Shown in pieces: positions 1 through 6,635 of a DNA stretch of 25,499 nt (position 1 is the first letter of the stretch; each line of letters starts with the position of its first letter). Under the pieces are notes generated by a model, which saw only the letters and a list, made by a program, of their open reading frames with translations, was not told the origin of the DNA and ran no database searches. This DNA comes from a virus (taxonomy: Duplodnaviria > Caudoviricetes). Position numbers and translations under genes: made by a program. The stretch spans positions 1-25,499 of IMG/VR virus record IMGVR_UViG_3300038829_000041; one strand, written 5' to 3'.

Positions 1-1
1 C

Positions 2-916
2 AAGCGTCGCGACTTGCAGAACAAAATTCCGAACGTGCGCCGGAACTTTGCCGAACGGGCGAATGCTCTTCTCGCCCATGCCGTTCAAGAAATATTCCGT
101 CAACAGCTTGTACGTTTTCTTGAATGTATCTGTCTCTTGCTTGACGTTACGGCCTTTGATCTTGCCCGCTTGGACTTCGCGTTGTTCACCAAAGCCAAGA
201 TCATTCCGTGCCGTGGCGCGTGCCGCCGAAAGCGTTCTGCCTTCTTGCCCGTCAAGGATGCATGTGCCCGTGCTGTCCTCTTCAATCAACGCACGCGGCA
301 CCGCGAGTCTCGGGTAACTCGTGCCGCCGTCGCGCAGGCTCTTGATACAGAACGGTGGTTCGTGGTCCTCCATTTTCAGATCGGGCCATTGCGTCATGGC
401 ATAGAGCACAATGGGCGCGACGCGAGACAGGTTGACCATGAAAGCACTGTACACGCGTTGCGTGCATTCGTCCGTGCGCTTGTACTTATCATCCCCCTTG
501 GCCGTCTGCCCGTTGGTCTCTACCAACTCCAAATGCCACATGACGGACTGGCGCCAACCGAGCGTGCTCACGTCTTTGCCGTCATACTTCTTCAGTTCCG
601 CGAACAAGTCCGCATCATCGCGCGTCAGTTTGTACGCGCACATGGTCACATAGCCAAAGCCAACTTCGGCCAACTGCCCGCTCGTCTCGGCCATGCGCAC
701 GGCCAGCATCTTGCACTTGTCCAAGGCCGGATCGGCACCGAACACGGCACCGGCCAGCAATTCTCCCATGACGCCCGTCACGCGCGCCTCGCGCTCGATC
801 TTGCTACGCTTCTTGTGCGGCATGGGCGCGGGCGCTTCGACACCCTGCGCGGGATCGATCTGCACGGGCGCGGGCGCTTTGCCTTCATCGATCAACTTTT
901 CATTGAGCATCTTCAT
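2..916 (-). CDS. Hypothetical phage protein, at least 305 aa, 3' end beyond the window edge (MKMLNEKLIDEGKAPAPVQID...)
   Basis: Manual translation: ATG at 916-914 with GAAAGG RBS upstream and no stop to the edge. A TTGACA-17-TAGAAT promoter lies directly upstream. The + ORF 14..943 is its in-register antisense shadow. Confidence 0.85.
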   Translation of the reverse strand, partial: MKMLNEKLIDEGKAPAPVQIDPAQGVEAPAPMPHKKRSKIEREARVTGVMGELLAGAVFGADPALDKCKMLAVRMAETSGQLAEVGFGYVTMCAYKLTRDDADLFAELKKYDGKDVSTLGWRQSVMWHLELVETNGQTAKGDDKYKRTDECTQRVYSAFMVNLSRVAPIVLYAMTQWPDLKMEDHEPPFCIKSLRDGGTSYPRLAVPRALIEEDSTGTCILDGQEGRTLSAARATARNDLGFGEQREVQAGKIKGRNVKQETDTFKKTYKLLTEYFLNGMGEKSIRPFGKVPAHVRNFVLQVATL

Positions 917-966
917 AACTGCAACCTTTCGTTTTGCTGCTAGCACGGATTGCGCTAACTATTAAA

Positions 967-995
967 ATTCTACTCTCCATTTGTTCTTGTGTCAA
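967..995 (-). promoter_or_regulatory. Leftward sigma70-type promoter
   Basis: Minus strand TTGACA (995-990), 17 nt spacer, TAGAAT (972-967), about 50 nt upstream of the ATG at 916, with AT-rich upstream sequence. Confidence 0.8.
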
Positions 996-1115
996 ATAAA
1001 CATCATCGGTTGTATCCTTCTATATATACAACTACTAGCTATAACATGTTATTGCTCGCCGCTATCGCCGCGCGGAACGCGCGCGCACCTATCCCACATC
1101 AGCGCCACGCTAGAC

Positions 1116-1175
1116 CCTTAGCTATCTAATCATCTATGTGCATCTACACATACATAGAAAGTCCTTAGCTATCTA
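1116..1175. repeat. 13-bp direct repeat CCTTAGCTATCTA x2
   Basis: Exact copies at 1116-1128 and 1163-1175. Confidence 0.85.
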
Positions 1176-1207
1176 TCTATCCCAAAGCCCACAACAGCCG
1201 CGCACTA

Positions 1208-1478
1208 GCGCGACGACGCGCATAGCGATGGTGCTATCCGCTAGCCCGTGTCGGCCCGCTGGGCCGACACTCCCCCCGGCAAAACCAAAGAGGGGGCTTT
1301 AGATATGAGGGAGGCCCAGCGTCATCTCAACTCCACCGGGGGAACAGGGGGTGAAAATAGGAAATGGGTCCCATCTGCTAGGACTGGAGGTCAAGCCGCA
1401 GACGCAAGCCGTTGATCTGACGGGGGAAAGGTGCGCGCCCCTCCGGGGCGGGTTGAGCCAGCGCCTGCGCGACGACGC
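1208..1478. repeat. 12-bp direct repeat GCGCGACGACGC x2
   Basis: Copies at 1208-1219 and 1467-1478. The second lies 2 nt upstream of the -35 box at 1481. Confidence 0.75.
1248..1270. repeat. Perfect 10-bp inverted repeat (GTGTCGGCCC-GCT-GGGCCGACAC)
   Basis: Read directly. No U-tract follows, so it is not a classical intrinsic terminator. Confidence 0.85.
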
Positions 1479-1480
1479 TC

Positions 1481-1509
1481 TTGACAGATGTGTGAATCCG
1501 TGTTATGCT
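1481..1509 (+). promoter_or_regulatory. Rightward sigma70-type promoter with extended -10
   Basis: TTGACA 1481-1486, 17 nt spacer, TG-n-TATGCT with TATGCT at 1504-1509. Confidence 0.8.
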
Positions 1510-1554
1510 AGCCGCTAGGTGTGGGGATGGGAGAGATACGAAGAGAGGGAAGGG

Positions 1555-1761
1555 ATGACAAAGATGCGTAGACCTCGGAAGCTATATGCTCTGTCGCGAA
1601 ATGAAGGCAAGCGCGACTGTCGCTGTATTTGTTGGCGAGGATATGAAGGGCTATGTCAGTGCCAAGAGTTTTGTGTTATTAGGCGAAAGCGTCCTTGTAA
1701 GTCTTGTAGGGCCAAGGCTGAGGCAGGCACACCACCTGTAAACATCCCCGCGACAGATTGA
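1555..1761 (+). CDS. Small basic Cys-rich protein (68 aa, 8 Cys), possibly metal-binding
   Basis: ATG at 1555 after purine-rich GAGGGAAGGG, immediately downstream of the promoter at 1481. Pattern CxCxC...CxCxxxC...CxxC. Confidence 0.5.
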   Translation: MTKMRRPRKLYALSRNEGKRDCRCICWRGYEGLCQCQEFCVIRRKRPCKSCRAKAEAGTPPVNIPATD

Positions 1762-1808
1762 CGCAGGCAGGGGATAGCTAGACGTGATCTTTGTCCCCAT
1801 CAAACCTC

Positions 1809-1837
1809 TTGACAAGATTCCTATCTTCAGGTATACT
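1809..1837 (+). promoter_or_regulatory. Rightward sigma70-type promoter heading the morphogenesis operon
   Basis: TTGACA 1809-1814, 17 nt spacer, TATACT 1832-1837, about 57 nt before the ATG at 1895. Confidence 0.85.
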
Positions 1838-1894
1838 ATCCTCACGACAGGGTAGCTCCCTGTACGTGTCATCTCCTAGGATTGAATCAACCCC

Positions 1895-2269
1895 ATGGCA
1901 ATCGTTACAAGCGCGGGCTTCTGGTCCGACAGCTATACGCCTAAAGTCAATCGCTCCCCTAAGCTCCGTCAGCTCGAACGTATGCGGCAGCCCCTCGCGG
2001 CCCGTAAGGACGCCGAGCTTCTGATCGAGAACATCGGCGTCGCCGTTGGGCAGACGGCCTCGGTCACTGTTAAGCAGGTCAAGCATAACGAAGCTCCTGG
2101 CACTTTCCCCGTCCAGGGCGTCGTCGAGACCCGGACTGTCATCTCTCGTGCGACCGTGGCTGCCGATGAAACTTCTCAAGAAGCTCGCCTCGCCACGAAC
2201 TTCTCTCGCCCCACGTATGCGGCTGATCTCAGCGGCAATGGTGGCGGCAGCAAACTCCAAGCTTCGTAG
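1895..2269 (+). CDS. Hypothetical protein, possibly virion-associated (124 aa)
   Basis: First ORF after the promoter at 1809, codon usage like neighbouring genes, C-terminal YAADLSGNGGGSKL. Confidence 0.75.
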   Translation: MAIVTSAGFWSDSYTPKVNRSPKLRQLERMRQPLAARKDAELLIENIGVAVGQTASVTVKQVKHNEAPGTFPVQGVVETRTVISRATVAADETSQEARLATNFSRPTYAADLSGNGGGSKLQAS

Positions 2270-2277
2270 GAGCTATC

Positions 2278-2370
2278 ATGTTTGAAGGTCTTAAGAAATT
2301 CTTCGTCGCCAATCAACTCTATCTCTATGTCGCCCTTGCGGGCTTCGTGGTTGGTGCTCTCGTTCTCTAG
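2278..2370 (+). CDS. 30-aa single-TM membrane microprotein (MFEGLKKFFVANQLYLYVALAGFVVGALVL)
   Basis: AGGAG RBS at 2268-2272, ATG 2278, TAG 2368-2370. It fills the gap between two genes. Below the ORF-track size cutoff. Confidence 0.7.
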   Translation: MFEGLKKFFVANQLYLYVALAGFVVGALVL

Positions 2371-2381
2371 GGTGTGACATC

Positions 2382-3017
2382 TTGTCGCAGACTCAGGAGG
2401 AGGTCGTAGCCCCCGCTACACCTCCTTCTCTTCTCACACTAGCAAACGGTCAGCAGCTCGATCTGACGACAGGGAAGCTCGTCGGCGCTGATCGTGCGGC
2501 GAGTGGGGCTTCCCCGTCCAGTGAAGGTCCTTCGCGGATCGTCACTCGTCGCTCCCTCGTAGACGCGCCGTTGCAAGGTCCGCAGATGCGGACGATGGCA
2601 GCGGTGGCAGCCGTCGAACTGTGGGGTCTACAAGTTCCTGAGATCGCTGAGATGTTCGGGGTGCCTGAAGAAAAGATTGCCTCTTTACGGGGAGAGATCG
2701 TCTACAAGAACTTCTTCCGTCAACTTGTTCGTTCCGTTCTTGATAGCGAAATGGAAGAAGTCCGCGAAGACATTGCCAAGACTGCTCGACAGGCTGTTGA
2801 GAAAGTCAAGGGCATCTTGAATGACGAGACTGCCAGTCAACACACCATGCTCAAGGCAGCTCAAGACTTGCTGGATCGCTCTGGCCTTCGGGCCGCTGAT
2901 ATTGTCGAACACCGACACTCCGTCCAAGGCGGACTGAAGATCGTATACGAGAAGCGCGGCGATAATCTTGATGTTGTCAAAGATGTCGTCTTCACGGAGA
3001 TAAAAGATGGCGGCTGA
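2382..3017 (+). CDS. Probable terminase small subunit
   Basis: HTH-like segment (VPEIAEMFGVPEEKI) followed by a helical region with the AAQDLLDRSG motif typical of TerS. Lies upstream of TerL. TTG start is uncertain. Confidence 0.65.
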   Translation: MSQTQEEVVAPATPPSLLTLANGQQLDLTTGKLVGADRAASGASPSSEGPSRIVTRRSLVDAPLQGPQMRTMAAVAAVELWGLQVPEIAEMFGVPEEKIASLRGEIVYKNFFRQLVRSVLDSEMEEVREDIAKTARQAVEKVKGILNDETASQHTMLKAAQDLLDRSGLRAADIVEHRHSVQGGLKIVYEKRGDNLDVVKDVVFTEIKDGG

Positions 3018-3660
3018 GAAATTGCTCCAGATGTTCATGAAGGAATTCGGTCGAGCGCCGAAGAGCCAGAAGGAACTGGCTCTATTTGCCGAGAGCAAGG
3101 GGACGATTCTTCTTGATCCGGCCTCTCCTGCTACTAAAGTCCCAGAGGCGCCTCCTGCGGCTGGTGGCTTCACTCGTGAGAATCTCGACGCTTATCTAAA
3201 ATCAGGAAACCGCCCTCAACCTGATCCTGGTCTTGTTGCCCCAGCAGCTCCTGCTCGACAAGGAATGTCTCCCTATCTCAAGTACGGTGTCCCTGGTGCA
3301 GGGCTCCTTGCTGCTTTGACGGCGCTTGGCCTTGCTGGTGGCGATGACGAGCCTGCTGGTCCCGCCGTCTCTGGCGTCCGTCAGCAGTTCGGTGAGAATG
3401 CTTTGGCCCCATATTCCGAACTCGGCCCAGAAGGTCCAGCTTCTAGTGCTCCTAGCCTCAAAAGAAATCTTGTTAACCGCAAACTTAAAGGCAGGGGGCC
3501 GTCTATTGGTGAACAAGAACTCATAGATCAATCTAAAGAAAGTATTACCCAGGCCGCTGTTAATCAGAACTCTGCCCAGGGTTTTGTACCCATCATGCCC
3601 GATGCAGAACTTCGTAAACTCTTTCAAACGGGGCCTTATGATCCTCGTGGGAATCGCTAA
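3007..3660 (+). CDS. Hypothetical Pro/Ala-rich protein with one hydrophobic segment, possibly an internal virion protein
   Basis: GGAG RBS, overlap with the TerS stop, segment GVPGAGLLAALTALGLAGG. Confidence 0.7.
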   Translation: MAAEKLLQMFMKEFGRAPKSQKELALFAESKGTILLDPASPATKVPEAPPAAGGFTRENLDAYLKSGNRPQPDPGLVAPAAPARQGMSPYLKYGVPGAGLLAALTALGLAGGDDEPAGPAVSGVRQQFGENALAPYSELGPEGPASSAPSLKRNLVNRKLKGRGPSIGEQELIDQSKESITQAAVNQNSAQGFVPIMPDAELRKLFQTGPYDPRGNR

Positions 3661-4605
3661 ATGGCCCATGTTTCAGACCTTTCAGGCAATGCTCCTTTTC
3701 CGCCTGATGCTCAGCGAGCAAAAGACACTAAGACTGCTCTAGCGAAAGCGACTGCGGCTGCTCCGTCGTATACGGAAGGCGATCACCAACCGCTCTCTCA
3801 GAATCTCTCAGGTAGTCTTCGAACTGTTACGACGATTGCTGCCGGTGCGGCTGAAAAAGTAGACGATGCGGCTTTTACGCCTGCTACGACTAGCGTCATC
3901 ATGGCAGGTTTCGAGTTTGACGATACGACGCCCGATAGCGTGGATGAAGGCGACGCTGGGGCTGCTCGTATGTCCGCTCGCCGTGAGTTGTATACACAGC
4001 TCCGCGATGCCGCTGGTAACGAACGCGGTGCTAACGTTAACGCTTCGAATCAACTAGCAGTTGCCGGACCGGTGACGAATGCCGGGACGTTTGTTGTCCA
4101 GGTAGATGGCGCGGCCCTGACATCCTTACAGCTCATCGACGACGCGGTGAAGACTGACGACGCAGGCTTCACGCCAGCAACCGACAAGGTGTTGATGATC
4201 GGCGCACAGGCCGATGAGACTTCGGCAGATAGCGTAGACGAAGGCGATGCTGGCGCGCTGCGAATGACGCTCGACCGCCAGCTTCGTGTTGCATCTGAAA
4301 TCCAGAGCACGACCATCGACGACTATGAAACGGTGGCTGCATCGCAGACGGCTCAGGCTCTCGGTGCTACAGGTGCGACGGGCGACTTCATCTCGCATAT
4401 CCTTGTCGTCCCCGCGACGACTTCTCCCGGTAACGTGCTGCTTTTAGATAATGCTACGTCTATCACCGTCTTTACTGGGGGCGCTTCGTCTGTTTCAAAT
4501 CTTGTGCCGTTTACTATTCCTATCGGTGCTAAATCTGTGAGTGGTGCCTGGAAGATCACAACTGGCGCGAACGTTTCTTGCGTTGGCGTGGGTAAGTTCA
4601 CCTAA
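3661..4605 (+). CDS. Probable virion surface/fibre-like protein with internal 39-aa duplication
   Basis: A/T/G/D-rich composition, repeats KxDDAxFTPAT...DSVDEGDAGAxRM, beta-rich C-terminal domain, abuts the upstream stop. Confidence 0.7.
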   Translation: MAHVSDLSGNAPFPPDAQRAKDTKTALAKATAAAPSYTEGDHQPLSQNLSGSLRTVTTIAAGAAEKVDDAAFTPATTSVIMAGFEFDDTTPDSVDEGDAGAARMSARRELYTQLRDAAGNERGANVNASNQLAVAGPVTNAGTFVVQVDGAALTSLQLIDDAVKTDDAGFTPATDKVLMIGAQADETSADSVDEGDAGALRMTLDRQLRVASEIQSTTIDDYETVAASQTAQALGATGATGDFISHILVVPATTSPGNVLLLDNATSITVFTGGASSVSNLVPFTIPIGAKSVSGAWKITTGANVSCVGVGKFT

Positions 4606-5102
4606 TGTCTTTGATTCTTCCACATACGCGCGGGCTCTACGTCCCGAATGTTGCCCTCTATGGCGCGGGAGGCTGTAGCTGCACACCTGTTGATTTAACT
4701 GGAGATCGAACGGCGTCGATTACAGTTACATCGGATATTGTCTGGGATGCAGGAACGAACAGCAATCTCGTAGATGGTGCTACGGGCCAAAATAGTACGG
4801 ATAGTGTCGATGTCCCAGCTCTATTTGCCGATGCCAATTACATCGACTTCCAGTTCGCATCTAACACACTTATCAATGAAGTAACTTGGCGTGCCGGAGG
4901 TACGTTCGACTTCGGAAATTGGAAGATGACGCTTGGTGGTGAAACATCGAATACTTTTGCCGTTGCAGGAACAGCTAGTACTGTCATCGCCATAACAGGC
5001 TTGACGCTCGGTGGAACGAATGCGCGGCTTGTAAAGGTCGGTCTGTTTGCAGGGTCGAATACTTGGCTTCAAGAAATCGAATTCCAGCAGTGTACGTGCT
5101 AA
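4605..5102 (+). CDS. Putative beta-sandwich (discoidin/F5-8-like) virion accessory protein
   Basis: SNLVDG, YIDFQF and WLQEIEF segments resemble galactose-binding-like domains. TAATG coupling to the upstream gene. Confidence 0.5.
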   Translation: MSLILPHTRGLYVPNVALYGAGGCSCTPVDLTGDRTASITVTSDIVWDAGTNSNLVDGATGQNSTDSVDVPALFADANYIDFQFASNTLINEVTWRAGGTFDFGNWKMTLGGETSNTFAVAGTASTVIAITGLTLGGTNARLVKVGLFAGSNTWLQEIEFQQCTC

Positions 5103-6635
5103 ATGGCACAACAGCGTGAGTACAAAGTCCGCGAGGGTTCTGTACACGACCTTGCCCGTAAGTCACGCGCTAAAGTGCAGATGGTCGGTGGTGGCTTTGC
5201 TAATGGGAAGACGACATGGTTGGTAGTTCGTTTCTTAGAGTTGAGTCAGTGGTATCCAGGGAGCAACTTGCTGCTCGGGCGCTCGACCTATCCAAAGCTC
5301 AACGACACTTTACGGAAGGAGTTTCTGGCTTGGTGTCCAAAACAGTGGATCAAATCCGGGCCAGCGAAAGACGACAACACGATCTATATGAACAACAGTA
5401 CGACCGTAAATTTTCGGTACATCGCTCAGCAAGGCAAGACTAAAGAATCAACCACCAGCAACCTTCTCTCTGCAACCTATGATGCTGTCGGTATCGACCA
5501 GATGGAAGACCCTGAAATCAGCGCGAAGGACTTCAAGGACTTGATGGGTCGCTTGCGCGGACAGGCTCGTTATGTTGGTGATGACCCTACTATGCCTCGA
5601 TCCGGTCCGCGCTGGTTCTTGATGACTACGAACCCGACAGCGAACTGGGTCTACAAGGACCTTGTTCGCCCGTTGCATCGTTATCGTGACGGCATCCATG
5701 ATGCCAAGTTGATCGTGCGTCCTGGCACGCAAGAGCCTTGGATCGACGTATTCGAGGCAGCCACTTACGACAACGCAGACAATCTGTCAGAGGATTATAT
5801 CCAAGGGCTAGAGGCGACCTACACAGGTCAGATGCGCGAGCGTTATCTCCTTGGCCGCTGGGCCAGCTTCGAAGGTCTCGTCCATCCGCAATGGGATGAA
5901 GTCAACCATGTCGTCCCACATGCTACTATGCTCGATCTCTTCGAGGACCTCAAACGAGACTACGACCTAACCATCGTCGAGGGCTATGACTTCGGCTCTG
6001 TCGTTCCTAGCTGCTATCTCTACGGCTTCGTCGATCCGTGGCACAATCTCCATATCATCGACGGCTTCTACAAGCCAGAAACCGAACTCTCTGTCCGCGA
6101 ACAGGCCCGCGAGATTCTCGCCATCCGCGAGAAGATGGCCACCACGGTCACGCTGCCATTCGCCGATCCGAGCGTCTTCCGTAGGGTGCCCGGTGGTGAA
6201 GGCACCCGTGGTGCCGGGCCTTCGATACACGCTCTGTTCGAGGAACATGGTGTCTCGATGCAGCGAGGGAACAACGCGGTTCTCAATGGCGTGGTGAAAG
6301 TCAACGCCTATCTGACTGCGGGCAAGCTTCATCGTAATCCCTATACTGCTATGGCCCCAGGCCCGCACATCTATATCAGCGACAAGCTCGACTTCTTCAT
6401 GGACGAGATCACTGAGTACTATTGGAAACGGAACACTGAAGGCGAGTATGAAGACGTGCCACAGGATCGCAACGATCATGCGATGAATACGCTGCGGTAT
6501 ATGTTGACGGACGTGCCTGACATCCCGCATCTTTCGCGTGCGGCGCGTGCACGAACACCATCGTATCTTACATGGAACGAGCCCCCAGATAGCAAGCAAA
6601 CTGGCCGCGTCAGCCATAGACACAAGGTTGCATAA
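5103..6635 (+). CDS. terL: Terminase large subunit
   Basis: Walker A GGFANGKTT, Walker B-like DAVGIDQMED, coupling motif TTNP, nuclease motifs GYDFG and DRNDHAMNTLRY. Confidence 0.95.
   Translation: MAQQREYKVREGSVHDLARKSRAKVQMVGGGFANGKTTWLVVRFLELSQWYPGSNLLLGRSTYPKLNDTLRKEFLAWCPKQWIKSGPAKDDNTIYMNNSTTVNFRYIAQQGKTKESTTSNLLSATYDAVGIDQMEDPEISAKDFKDLMGRLRGQARYVGDDPTMPRSGPRWFLMTTNPTANWVYKDLVRPLHRYRDGIHDAKLIVRPGTQEPWIDVFEAATYDNADNLSEDYIQGLEATYTGQMRERYLLGRWASFEGLVHPQWDEVNHVVPHATMLDLFEDLKRDYDLTIVEGYDFGSVVPSCYLYGFVDPWHNLHIIDGFYKPETELSVREQAREILAIREKMATTVTLPFADPSVFRRVPGGEGTRGAGPSIHALFEEHGVSMQRGNNAVLNGVVKVNAYLTAGKLHRNPYTAMAPGPHIYISDKLDFFMDEITEYYWKRNTEGEYEDVPQDRNDHAMNTLRYMLTDVPDIPHLSRAARARTPSYLTWNEPPDSKQTGRVSHRHKVA

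Noticed and set aside
14-943. 309-aa plus-strand ORF
   Set aside because: In-register antisense shadow of the minus-strand gene 2..916, which has the RBS and promoter.
1089-1270. Possible CRISPR-like mini-array or tRNA
   Set aside because: Only two 13-bp copies, no regular repeat-spacer period and no cloverleaf.
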